Shown: positions 1 through 11,640, counted from the first letter of the whole stretch. The stretch: 62,139 bases of DNA, filler included, from Sphacelaria rigidula (GCA_964200075.2; 11 parts of 11 records of this genome joined end to end with filler, not necessarily neighbours in it), one strand, 5' to 3'. Notes: generated from the letters alone by a model not told the origin. A program made the numbers and translations.

Positions 1-534
1 CACAAAGCAAAAAAAAACAGGCCCCCCCCCCCCCCCCCCCCCCCCCCCGCCCCTGGCTCCGCGCGGTTAATTTAATTCAATAAGTTTTGTTGAATTCAAT
101 GCAGGGGTTACCCTACGGGTGTGGAGCCGACACTACTATGTTCCAACCGCATCGTGACGCATTCGGCGGTACTACCTGCTCACTGCACAGCGGTAGGGTG
201 CAGGGAGACAAAGCACACCGCAGGACGTGACATCCTTAGCCTATCCCTGTCCTGCATTGATTTCGCGTTGTCCTATGCAGTTCGCCACATCATGAATGCA
301 CCCGCTTGTATCTGCAGCAAACGTGTAGGCAGGATATCACGCCACGCGCTAGAGTATATTGCTACATCACATTTTGTAAAGCTGTCCGTGTTACAGCTAC
401 AGCGTGCGTTTGCCCCAGGTGGCGCACGCAGGAGTGCAAGGCCGCCTCCGCCGCTGTAATGGCTGCCTGTATCTTGGGGGCTGCCTGTATCTTGGGCGAA
501 GATGAATGATAACACAACCGCGGCTGGTGCGCCC

Positions 535-1203
535 TGTGACAAATGCACGTCGTTACGCTGAATTGGTAGTGATGACCTGGATAATGGCCGAGGACACTAG
601 GTTAATACTCTGGCGTGTCTAGGGGGCTGTGCCTACGAGGGCACTCCTGAATAACGAGAATGTTGTAAAAAACACGGGATCTCACAAATTGGGAATGGAT
701 CTTTTATTGGGGATGAAAAAACCGGAGAATTAAAATCTTCGTATCCACACGAAATCTACGAGATATTGTTCCATTTTTTCACCTACTGATAGCTATTGAC
801 AACTGCTACACGCCACAGGAATTTGGATTTCGATCACTGAAATGATGGGGTTCTAGGTAAAAATCCAATTTTGGGGAATTCCGGGTGCCCGAGCGGACGT
901 CAAAGCGGTTCCGATATTGTTTTTTTACCTAGGACCCCAATATTTCGGTGATCGAGATCCGAATTTCCATGGCGTGTAGCAGTTGTCAATACCTATCAGG
1001 AGGTGAAGAAATGGAACCATATTTCGAAGATTCGGTGTGGATACGAAGATTTCAACTCTCCGGGTTTCTCATCCCCAATAAAAGATCCATCCCCAATTTG
1101 TTAGATCCCGTATTAAAGGCTGACAACTGAAACTGAGGCCAGTGAGACTGGTGAGTCCGTCAAGAGCAATGATCCACCAGTTCTTCTTTTGGCTGGCGTC
1201 ATA
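535..1203 (+). repeat. 5' LTR (interrupted by MITE 671-1114)
   Basis: Matches 5127-5353. Begins TGTGAC and ends GTCATA; the copy in contig 9 ends GTCACA at 46497, the inverted terminus. Confidence 0.85.
671..1114. mobile_element. Foldback MITE family A (about 444 bp, about 200-bp TIRs, termini AACACGGGAT...ATCCCGTGTT)
   Basis: Long inverted arms; absent from the equivalent site of the 3' LTR and of the contig 9 LTR; flanks AAAA/AAAG. Confidence 0.9.
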
Positions 1204-1279
1204 GTATCGATATTAGTGCTAGTGCTAGTGTTAGTGCTAGAAACCTGCTGGAAAGGATTTTGGTAGGAGTCTGGTAGCT

Positions 1280-2029
1280 GTGGAAACCTATTGCACCACG
1301 GACGCGTGGAGAGGGTTCCAGCTGAGGCAGCTGCAGAAAGGCGGCTGGCCTGTGATTGATCTAGACTTGAGACTCGCTGAAGCTGCGTGCAACTGGAGTT
1401 CGGAGGCACCTAAGACTGTGTGGTTCGGCGACGAAGCAAGGAAAGTGCAATTTGCGAAGGTCCGCTGGCCTGCAACGGTTCGCAGAAAGCAGGTTACAGC
1501 TGCAGCTATGGCGGCACCCGGGATCATGCGGGAAGAGTTACGACCTCCCCAATATGAGGAGAGGTACTCAGAGAGTGCATCTCGCACTTTTGTTACGAAG
1601 TACTTTCAGTACAAGAAGTGTGTGAAGCACGCTAAGGCAGGGGGTGCTGAGCGGCATCAGGAGGTGCTAATGGCTCAACAAGTGCCAACTTATGTGCAGA
1701 GAGTGTTTGCTCGTTTGGAGCATGAAAATATCACAATCACACCGCCGCAATTGATTGCAGCGATCAGAAAGCACGCTGGGCATGCGGCGGGCACTTGCCA
1801 CTTTTGTGGCCAGGTCGATCATCACGCGCGTGATTGCCCAATGTCTTCCGGTGGAGAGTCTGAGCAGTCTTATGCCGCGCGCCATCAGCATCGTCAGCAC
1901 AAGGGCAAAATACGAGGCAATTGTGGTGGCGGCGGCGGATCCTCTGGCGGTGTGGGGTCGCAGTCGAGTCAGCAGCCCCAGCAGCAGCAGCAGCAGCAGC
2001 AGGGGCAGGAGCAGGGGCAGCGGCGTTAG
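1280..2029 (+). pseudogene. gag: Gypsy gag remnant with CCHC zinc knuckle and poly-Q tail
   Basis: CHFCGQVDHHARDC at about 1795-1836; internally deleted relative to the contig 9 copy. Confidence 0.8.
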
Positions 2030-2347
2030 CATGGGTCTGGTTCTGGGTCCGACGCCGCTGTAGGTGCTGCTGCTCCGCAGCGGGCGGTGCAGGTGGGCCC
2101 GACTTCTACAGAGGCGAACACTGCGCCGGCGCCGGTGGTGGTGCCGGCGGCGACACCGGCAGCAGCGCCAGGCGCGACGCCTGTTGACGCGCTGGTCGGA
2201 GGGTCGCCCAGTTCTTGGTTTGCTGGCTGGGGGGCGTACCCACCGGCGGTGCCGTTTGAACCTGCCGGGGCGTCTTCGCCCGCACAACTTGCGCAACCGT
2301 GGCGTCAAGTGGGATCAGCGGCGCATAGATGAGCGGAAGACGTTCCC

Positions 2348-5052
2348 TTGGAGCTTGCCGACAGATACATTCTGGCGGAGGTATGTCTCCCAAATCAACG
2401 GGATCGTGGAGCCATTGCGGTTCAGGCCAAATGGGATTCTGGCGCCCACTTGACGGGTCATGTGAGTCTGTCGGTACAGTTTGTAGAGATGTTGGAGCGT
2501 CTTCTCCCGGGTGTGCCGCTGCGCATTCCGTTTTCGCTTTGGGCGCGGCAGGCAGTCACCGCGTCGGATCAGCATGTTTCAGTCACGGAGCGTACTATTC
2601 CGTTGCAGCTAGCCTTCAAGACTGCTTGGGGGCTGGTGCCGTTGCCTCTGATCTCGTTTGCGATTATGCCAGGGTCGGATGGCGTTGTTCTTCTGGGGCT
2701 GCCGACGCTACAGGATCTAGGAGTCGACCCGTATGAGCGGTTGAAGGACTCCATGAAGCGCGGATGTCTTCACCTGGTCCGCATGTGAAGACGCCCGCCT
2801 TTTTGGGCAGTCGTCGCGTGAGCTGATCGGTGGATGATTTTCAGGAGGCTGGGGGGCAGGTGACCGAGGAGCGGGATGCGGCGGTGGAACGCTTAGTAGA
2901 GCGCGGCCCGAATATATTGATGATTCCGGCGGAAAAGGAGTCCGCTCGGAAGGTCGCGCTCGAGGAGAGCGTGACGGATGCTGGGGCGAAAAGCCTCAGC
3001 GTTTCAAAACCTGAGCGCCTGCGCGGCATATTGCATTGCCGCGTCAACGCGTTTCGTCGTTCGCTGCGGGGTGATCCCCCTGCGCGCGTGGAGCCCATGC
3101 GTGTTCAGCTGAAACCTGGGGCGTCCGCGCGGTGCGATCCAGTGAAGTCGAGTTGGTTCGCGTTGTGCATGGCGACTCTTTTGGCGCTTGGGTTGGTGTT
3201 ACGGAATTTGCAGACGGGGTGGTCCAGTCCAGATATGGCGTTTCCGAAGAAGGCTGCATCGTGGACGGAGGGCAGGCTGTAGGCGTGGGCGGCAGCGAAG
3301 GATCTGGTGGCTCATGCCGTGACGCTGTTCCGTCCTCGTCCTGATTGTTAGGTTTCAATGTTTCATATGAATCTGAGTGCCATTGGAGTAGTTTGATCAT
3401 GCAGGTGCCTACAGTTGAAATTCAAATGCCTGTGCGCGCTGTGGCTGTGTATGGTCCGTGTGACCCGGATGACTCGATGTCGTCCAATGATGTTGTCCGC
3501 CAAGCCCAACGAAAAGACCGTGGGACCGAAGATGCGGATGTGCAATCTTCCGAGTTGGACATTGATACTGCTATCTTGGACAATGAAGGTCTGTTTCGTG
3601 TGCATGTGCGTGGCCAAAACGTTTTGTGGATTCCGAGTTCTGACAAGCAGTTGCAGGTACTTCTGATGATTTGCGCGCACATGCGCGACGCCGGGCATCG
3701 TGGTGTGGCTGCGACGCTCGTGCGCTTACAAGAGGTTTGTGTCTAGCAGGGGATAGAAACGCATGTGCGCGAATTTTTCCGCCAGTGTTTTCACTGTGCT
3801 GACTCGAGGGCGGGCGATCCTGTTCCCCGCCCGCTCGGCGAACCGGTCCATGGGACCACGCCGAATGAAGTCGTTCATTCTGACCTCTTGTACGTGGGCG
3901 AGAGTGGCCCGCTAGCTTCCCCAGGTTTGTCAGAGGATGCTGGGTTTCGATACGTTTTGATAATCATGGATGATTTGAGCAACTTTGTGGCTCTGGAACC
4001 AGTAACAATGTATACTGCTGAATCGACCGCCGCATCTTTGCTAAATTGGTGCAAACCTTTGGGGGTGCCTCGTATGTGGGTAAGTGATACCGCCACGCAT
4101 TTCAAGAATGCGATCTTGGACCGATTGCGAGAGGCTTCACGCCTTGATCACCAGTTTGCGGTAGCGTATTCTCCGTGGTTTAACGGTACGTGCGAACGCA
4201 TAGTCAAGGAAGTAGTTCGTGCTCTTTGTTGTATTCTTCTCGAGCAGCGTAGAGCGGTTTCTGAGTGGATGGACGTGTTGCCGACGGTGCAATGGGCGCT
4301 TAATGCAGCGTATCGTCGTCGTTACGATAGTACGCCGTATCACGTGATGTTGGGTCGTGCCCGTCGGACGTCTTTCTCGATGCTGGCGTCTTCGTCGGCG
4401 GGGGAATGGAAGTGTGATGTTTTGGACGATGTTCAAATTAAGAGTGCATTGCAAGGAGTCTTGAACATGCAAGAACGTTTCCACGTTCAGGTGCAGGAAC
4501 GTGTTGCCGCTGAACGTGCGCGTAGACGTGAGGGGTCCTTGTCGGGGTTGGAATTGCCGAATTTTGAAGTAGGCGACTATGTCTTGTATGCACGCGTGCG
4601 TCGTTCGGGTGTTACGCCCAAGTTGGTGGCGACTTGGACTGGTCCATGGACAGTGGTTGGTGCCATGGACAGTGGTTAGTGCTCACCACCCGCACGTACT
4701 TGAGATTCAAAACATTGTTTCGGGTCGTGTTCAGACCGCCCATGTAGCTCGTTTGCGTTTTTATGCAGACTTGCAGCTTAATGTTATGGCTGACGTTAAG
4801 AACGTGTTCCAGCATGCTTTTAATCAGGGGCAACTTCAGATGGCTTGTATTGTCCGAGTGGCAGAAGCAGACGATGGTTCGTTGATCGTGTTGGTCGACT
4901 GGGTTAGTTTCGAAGCTAAGGAGCGTACGTGGGAGCCTTTCAAGGATATTTTTGAGGCCGGTCCGGAATTTTTTACGAAGGAGTTGTATAAATTGCGCGT
5001 GGCTCGTGCCGTTGCTGCTCGCATTTCGAATGAGTTTGGTATTCAGTTGTGA
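2348..5052 (+). pseudogene. pol: Gypsy pol remnant: aspartic protease, RT/RNaseH mostly deleted, integrase, chromodomain
   Basis: WDSGA; AHMRDAGH...CFHC; HSD, VSDTATHF, TCER (DDE); WTGPW; LVDWVSFEAKERTWEP. A 19-bp tandem duplication at 4644-4681 shifts the frame before the chromodomain. Confidence 0.9.
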
Positions 5053-5126
5053 CTTACTCATCGTTTTGGCGAATTCTATGTGTCAAGCTTGTTGATCGAT
5101 TTTCGTCCAACGCGCTTTGGGGTTGC

Positions 5127-5353
5127 TGTGACAAATTGACACAGTTACGTTGAGTTGGTAGTGATGATCTGGATAATGGCCGGTGGTGGTAATGATATGG
5201 ATGATGACCGAGGACACTAGGTTGATACCCTGGCGTGTCTAGGGGGCTGTGCCTACGAGGGCACTCTTGAATAATGAGAATGTTGTAAAGACTGACAACT
5301 GAAACTGAGGCCAGTAAGATTGGGGAGTCCGTCAAGAGCAATGATCCACCAGT
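5127..5353 (+). repeat. 3' LTR (truncated by MITE insertion and contig end)
   Basis: Direct repeat of 535-670 plus 1119-1181. Confidence 0.85.
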
Positions 5354-5559
5354 AACACGGGATCTTACAAATTGGAGATGGATCTTTTATTGGGGATGAA
5401 AAAACCGGAGAATTAAAATCTTCGTATCCACACGAAATCTACGAGATATTGTTCCATTTCTTCACCTACTGATAGCTATTGACAACTGCTACACGCCACA
5501 GGAATTTGGATTTCGATCACTGAAATGATGGGGTTCTAGGTAAAAATCCAATTTTGGGG
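5354..5559. mobile_element. MITE family A, left arm (runs into contig end)
   Basis: Near-identical to 671-876. Confidence 0.85.
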
Positions 5560-5659
5560 NNNNNNNNNNNNNNNNNNNNNNNNNNNNNNNNNNNNNNNNN
5601 NNNTTAATTAATTAANNNNNNNNNNNNNNNNNNNNNNNNNNNNNNNNNNNNNNNNNNNN
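5560..5659. other. Artificial contig linker (N44-TTAATTAATTAA-N44); also starts at 11218, 16876, 22534, 28192, 33850, 39508, 45166, 50824 and 56482
   Basis: Six-frame stop cassette flanked by Ns, recurring exactly every 5658 bp. Confidence 0.98.
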
Positions 5660-5724
5660 GTATCCACACCAAATCTTCGAAATATGGTTCCATTTCTTCA
5701 CCTACCGATAGCTACTGACAACTA

Positions 5725-7426
5725 AATGTGGCATAGTCCAACTCAGTTCACCTGCGGGGGGTTCGCTGTCTAAGACTTGACCAGTTATAATGTGGAAGTC
5801 GTGAGACTCCCGGTGACGGTAGAAACCGTCGAAGGTGGCCGATGATTTTCCTCGGGTTATGTAGTCAAGCATTGATCATAAGTCGTGGGGTTAAGGCAAA
5901 GTGGATCACTCGGGAAGCTCGACGAGCGCGAGCGAGTTAGCCCGATGACAAAGTCTGAAAGTCCAAGTCAAGAGTGATGTCCCAGGGATAGCCAGCAGTT
6001 CGCTGGGAAGATCCCTGTTACCTTGGGGTCCCAGATCCGGCTGTACAGATATCAGAGTTTCGGGGCTCCTGATAACTTACCCCTGTAACAGCCGTTCACT
6101 ATGTCACACATCACGAAGGGAGATCTCTCCGCACATGCCCAAATAAATGGCGATCTCCACAATAACAATAGTTTCGAGATATCCACATCGTGAACCTTTT
6201 CTCAGATCCTGGGCCATACATCCTAGTATCCTGCAGTTTTGACCCGAACGATGGACTATCCAGCCAGTGCACCCTGAACTAAGGTTCAAGCCCTTGCTCG
6301 TGGGAACAATACGCCGCATTTAGCACTGACCCGATTACAGGACTCGCCACTGCACTGCTTGGATGTTCTCGATCCCAATGTGCACGTGCGCGTTCCCTTG
6401 CGAATGTGCACATGTACGAACAACATGATAATACGTCAGGGCGTCAGGGTGTACCTTGACAACGCTTACAGTGCGCCCGTATTTTGTAGAGTCTAGAGAA
6501 TCATAAGGGTGGTACTCTCGACACCTGTGACTACTGAATTTGTTTTGGTGCTGTGTACGGTCACATGATCCTTACCGCCGTACACGTGACATGCGTGCTG
6601 CAAACTGTTCACCTCCCTCCAACGTTCCCCAACATAGTCCGTTGCCACGAAAAACGACACTCGAAATTTAGCCCTAGTCCCAGTCTTCGGGACCGAGAAA
6701 AAGCGTACAAGGAAACAAGCGTCGAAAAGCATCAGCATGAATGATCGCCACCATACCCGGCCCAATCAAGGTGCTGCTCTTGGGTACAGTACCTGTTTCG
6801 TTTCATAGCTTCTTCTCTCGGTCTCGATGAGACGGTCTAAATTCCGCAGCATTGGGCATCGGGAGCCGCGAGGCGTGAGAGGGTCTGTCCAGCGATGCAA
6901 GTCTTGATCCAAACTGGATCGTGGTTGGTTAATTACATCCAACTGTATACCGCGGATTGTGCTTGTGTGCAGCACTGAGACTGTTCGGTTCGCGTTGGAG
7001 TTCACGTGCTGCTCCCTCCAGTAGAGTTCATGAAACAATGGCTCAGATTGTCCTGTATCTCAAATTTGTCCTTCTATAATGTATTACGGTATAGACTGGA
7101 ATCACGCATAATGTTGGCGAGGAGGGTGATTTCGGAAAATCCTGACCCGCATTACCTGAACTCATACTGGTATCAGCATTTTCTCATCCAGGTTGCCGCC
7201 CGTAAAAGTTTAACCAAATCTGGGCTTCGATTCGGACAAAACTGTTTCTCGAGAAGACTAAAATTGGTCGTTGAGCGGGCAATGCCCGTCTTATTGTTGT
7301 TCCCGTGGGGGAAGAAGTACACTGGCCGGCAATTCCCTTTCGAAAGGGGATATTCGAAAAGGAGACAGTCCGCTATAATAGATAGCAGTCTGAAAGGGTT
7401 ACAGATCACTCTCGGACATTTGTAAC
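5725..7426 (+). ncRNA. Putative large structured RNA element 1 (unclassified)
   Basis: Nested helices 5733-5740/6252-6259, 5752-5758/6230-6236, 6038-6055/6069-6094 and 6378-6387/6404-6413; GNRA loops; no convincing ORF. Confidence 0.45.
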
Positions 7427-7491
7427 TTTGAGCTAACGCTAACACTAATGCTACCCAACCCCAACCAACCCTGCCCCTGGCCAAGGAGGTG

Positions 7492-7872
7492 ACTTTACCA
7501 CTCGGTAGCCGCAGATATTTCTCGGAAATTTATGGTTTGTGCGGGTGCTGATGGATTTCGAATGACACTAACCCTAACCCTAACCCTAACTCCTACCCTA
7601 ACGAAAACATACCGAGAACCCTCTGGCAAGGAGAGTGCAACGTGTTCCCTACGCGAGGTGTGCGTCGCCAGACGTCAAATCGGCGCCCCAGGCGCTGATT
7701 TGGAGGGGCGCCGATTTAGACAAAAACGCGTTCTGCGCACGCTAGGAGCACTCCAGGAGCATAGCCCCCTCCAATTATCCCGATTTCGGTGTTCACATTC
7801 AAATCCAATACTGCACCTGTCCACAAACCGGAAATTTCCGAGAACTAACTGTCAACTACCGAGTGGTAAAGT
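7492..7872. mobile_element. MITE family B with 17-bp TIR and internal (CCCTAA)n tract
   Basis: ACTTTACCACTCGGTAG...CTACCGAGTGGTAAAGT; a related decayed copy lies at about 40051-40301. Confidence 0.75.
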
Positions 7873-8160
7873 GGCTATCGTAGGGTGGGTGCGGGTAAAC
7901 CTGCGCCTCCAGATCATTTTCGAAATGAAAATATTGCCTCTAATTATTCGAAATATGCCCCGTCACAAAAAATGATCTTGATTCTACGTAGATACTCTAT
8001 ATGTGGCTTGAACTCGTTTTTTCACAGCACCTTATTACCGCATTTCTCCCAGATATGACCGTATCCAGGCTATCGTAGGGTGGGTGCGGGTTAACCTGCG
8101 CCTCCAGATCATTTTTGAAATGAAAATATTGCCAGTTATTATCCGAAATATCCCCGGATA
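7873..8160 (+). repeat. Two about 90-bp direct repeats (starting 7873 and 8068)
   Basis: GGCTATCGTAGGGTGGGTGCGGG...GAAATGAAAATATTGCC occurs twice. Confidence 0.8.
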
Positions 8161-8171
8161 CATGACCGGTT

Positions 8172-8483
8172 GCCCCGGTGGCTCAGTTGGTAACCCCGTA
8201 ATCTTCCAATGGTTGTGTAGGGGGGTTCGATTCCCGCAGCGATCTGGAATCTTTTCTCACACCATGCCCAACAGTGTAGAGCGACTATGATGACGTGGTT
8301 ACACAAAATGCGACTCGCTGAGCGACGAGGGAAAGGGATAATTGGACTCCTCTCGCGACAAAACATGAAGGCAAGCACCGCAGAATAATGAAGGAAAAGG
8401 TTCTGTTTTGACGTTCCTCCTATTTGACGCCGGCTGATGCGCCCACATATACCGAAAGGGGTAACACACACACACACACACAC
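8172..8483 (+). mobile_element. tRNA-derived SINE with (AC)n tail
   Basis: Pol III A box TGGCTCAGTTGG (8179-8190) and B box GGTTCGATTCC (8224-8234); no full cloverleaf; the 3' part recurs inverted at about 33706-33835. Confidence 0.65.
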
Positions 8484-8769
8484 CGCCGTCAACCATAAAA
8501 AAAGGGACGTTGGAACAAAACTTGAGTTCAGTCCCGACAATCTGTCCCAAAACCGGAGTCTCCGAACGTCCTGGATTTTGCGCACTGAAACTGGAACGTC
8601 TGCACTCTTCCAGCGGCCCCCTTTTCGCCTCGTCGCAACCCCACTGCGGTCAGTCAACCAACGCCTTCCACATTGCCAGGAAGCAGGAGCTTGCTGTACG
8701 CCCTCGTGGAGACAATCTGGAACGCATTCATCGCCAGGTGTGTGGATGTATGTTTCCGCGTTCAACATT

Positions 8770-10330
8770 CAATTAGCACCATAACTTGACTTTTGTGGTC
8801 GAGTTGAGCCCCTTGACGGCGAGGGTAGATCCAGTGGGTCGTGGATTAATTTTCGAAATGGAACCGATGCCAATCCGACACATGACCTAGTCTGGGAGCG
8901 GAGAGATGAATAAGAAAGAACACAAAATAACAGCGTATCTACCGAGTATCCTCTCATATACCACCCCTCCCACCTGCACCCTTCACTCTTCATTAGGATC
9001 GTGACCACGAACCCTAATGCTGCTGATTTAATGATGCCGTGTGCGGCAGCGTCGACTAATACCGGGCTCTCAGGATTCTTGGGTACGTCTATCATGTGAC
9101 CACAGCTGGATCCCTGGGGGGTCAGTTAAAGTGCGATGATCAACGAATTAATCAAATCAATCAACAGCGAGCAGTATAGGCATCCGCACAAAAAAGCATT
9201 GTGCCCTGTCATGATTAATGTATCCCCTTACACAGGTGAGGTGCAAAGTAGCCATTTTCGTTTCTTCGAAGATGCCGACCATCTCTGCTTGAGTCTATGT
9301 TTTTCGCCCTGGTATGTCGAACGTTATGACTCAAACCCTGGTTTAGTCGAGTGGAGAGTATGTCTCCGGCCTTCTTCTCTGTGAGCATATGCTACTCAAT
9401 TGCTCAGTTCACATATTGGCGTCTTTCCGGAATCCTGCGCAAATTGCATGGATGTAAGCAGAACGTCTTTTTGGGCGCAGGGGCTAGTTCCTCGAGGGCG
9501 CGACGCCCCACGCGCTACGCTCAGCGGGGGTCAAGCGGCGGTATCAACACCTGGCTGCTCGACTCTTCCACGCTCATATGCCAGACTCGTCCTTGAGCCA
9601 TATTTTGGGCCCAGTAGACCCCCCTACGCCGACATCACGCGTACGCTCGTGCCTCCCGACCTGAGCACCTCCACAGGTGACATGTAAATAAACTTGGTAC
9701 AGTTGGTCATTATCCGGAGGGTGTCTCGATACAAATTCATCTCATCTCGGATCTTGCTGGTGTTCGCCAGCGCAGAAGCCGCCCAGCTGCTCATGATGTG
9801 GAGGATAGCGTATCAGTGATGTGGAGGTTAGCGTATCGCCCATACTCCGTGTATTCGTTTTGTGCATTTTAACTGTAGCAAGTCCCGAAGGTGCTGGCGA
9901 CCGGTACACATGTTGTCTGTATATTTTCCGAGTATAAGTAGTGCGCCAAGTTTCACGGCAGTTGGTCCAGCCGCGATGGAGAAATTCACATGCAAAGTTG
10001 CTCTTCCAGAGTAGGAAACTGCAGTAGTTGTCAATAGTCGAAATATACATCAGGTGCGGTTACGCCTCATATCCCGCGTACGGAAACATGCTGGCGTCAT
10101 GCCTGCATCTCTTCGGCAGCACGGCATCGATCGTGACGGCAGTACAGCAGGGCCTGTGAGCACGTAGCGGGTAAGGGTTCGGAACAAGAGCCTCCCATGC
10201 CTTATTGTTTTAATGGTGTTGAAAGCAACGTTCATTGCTCACAGAGGTATCGCCCAGATGTAAGATAACGCATGAGTCTTGGTGCGGTCAACGTCTTGAT
10301 GCCGTCGTTTTTGCCAGGATCTCGGGGTTA
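8770..10330 (+). ncRNA. Putative large structured RNA element 2 (unclassified)
   Basis: End-closing ladder 8863-8911 with 10230-10288; many local hairpins; no convincing ORF. Confidence 0.45.
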
Positions 10331-10440
10331 ACGAACGTACATTTTTGGACATTACACAACAAAGGGGCAACGAAATTTTCGGTTTGGGGCGCGGCGCCGC
10401 ACGCGGACTGAACACCTTGAAAACACATTGCAGCGCCTCA

Positions 10441-10860
10441 GGAAAAGTGCCTTTTGGAGCTTTCACGTCGTTTTACGCTCCAAACGAGAGCTATAGGCGG
10501 AGTTTGACACCTTGGAATGACTTGCTCCGCTAGTTGAGGCGGTTCCAGGACATCTTCCCATTTTCCTGTGGCCGCAGTTTCTATTTTGGCCAAACAAGAA
10601 TTTTCGTCCAAGGAGGGTAAAAAGCAGTCAAGTTTAAAAAAATCGGCACTTTTCTCTGGACTTGACTGTCTTTTACCGTTCTTGCAGGTTCTTGGACAAA
10701 AAAAAATGTTTGGCCAACGTAGAAGTGCGGCCACCGGAAAACGGGAAGATGTCCTGGAACCCCCTCAACTAGAAGAGCAAGCCATTCCAAGGTGTCAAAC
10801 CCCGCCTGGCTCTCTTGGGGGGCGTGAAACGACGTGAGAGCTCCAAACAGGCACTTTTTC
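10441..10860. mobile_element. Foldback MITE-like palindrome (about 195-bp arms)
   Basis: 10441-10633 is the imperfect reverse complement of 10660-10860. Confidence 0.8.
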
Positions 10861-11317
10861 AGATTTTCATTTTTATCTGTTATAAGGAGCAGCCTCAGTC
10901 CCACGCACAAGGTGTCTGGGCAACATATCAGACCATTTTTTTATATTTTCACAGGTGTTACTAGGCTTTAATACGGCGCAGAAAAGACAGCCTGTGAGAG
11001 TACCCCTTTTTGTAAAATTAAACCAGGAGGGTACACTCTGTTTTCTGCAAAAAAAACATACCTTACCCTTTTTGTTCACATGTGGACCCTGTAATGCTCA
11101 AGTGCATACTCTTCTCTAACCTTTTTTGTGAAGTAACAGTGGATCCTAGAAACGGGGTTCATACAAAATATGGGGCTGAAGTGGCATATCTGTCTTGCAC
11201 GGAAGACCCGAAACACTNNNNNNNNNNNNNNNNNNNNNNNNNNNNNNNNNNNNNNNNNNNNTTAATTAATTAANNNNNNNNNNNNNNNNNNNNNNNNNNN
11301 NNNNNNNNNNNNNNNNN

Positions 11318-11640
11318 GGGAGGGTCCGGGGTCGGGCGTGAGCGGCGGCGGGGGCGAGGGAGAGAGGGGCGCGGTGTTGGTGCTCAAAGGGGAGAACAGC
11401 GGGAGGATCAGGGGAGAGACCAGGGGCACAAAGGTGGCGGTAGCCGGGAGGGGCTCGGGGGAGGGCGCGGAGCTGGCCGTGGACGAGAGGAGCGCGAAGG
11501 GGGACGCGGAGATGGCCGTGGCCGGGAGGGAAAAGGGGGTCCCGGGCGTGGGGGGGGTGTCGGTGGACGCGGAGTTGGTCGTCGTGGTCGGGTGGTGGTA
11601 GGAGCGGGGCAAAACCAGCAGCAGATGCTGCCCGCGGCGT
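11318..11640 (-). CDS. Probable coding exon, Pro/Ser/Thr-rich, product unknown; acceptor position uncertain, runs off contig
   Basis: Open frame with very strong GC3 bias (YHHPTTTTNSASTDTPPTPGTPFSLP...). Confidence 0.45.

Larger units (their letters stand above)
535..5353 (+). mobile_element. Degenerate Ty3/Gypsy LTR retrotransposon with chromodomain integrase (chromovirus-like), copy 1
   Basis: LTR pair (535-1203 and 5127-5353, both starting TGTGAC). Gag CCHC knuckle, protease WDSGA, integrase HHCC/DDE/GPW and chromodomain are in Gypsy order. Multiple stops, frameshifts and deletions. Confidence 0.93.

Noticed and set aside
5990..6310. Resemblance to LSU rRNA or group I intron R/S motifs (CCTGTTA, CATAGTCC, GACTA)
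   Set aside because: Only short matches; conserved rRNA blocks and an ordered P-Q-R-S core could not be assembled.
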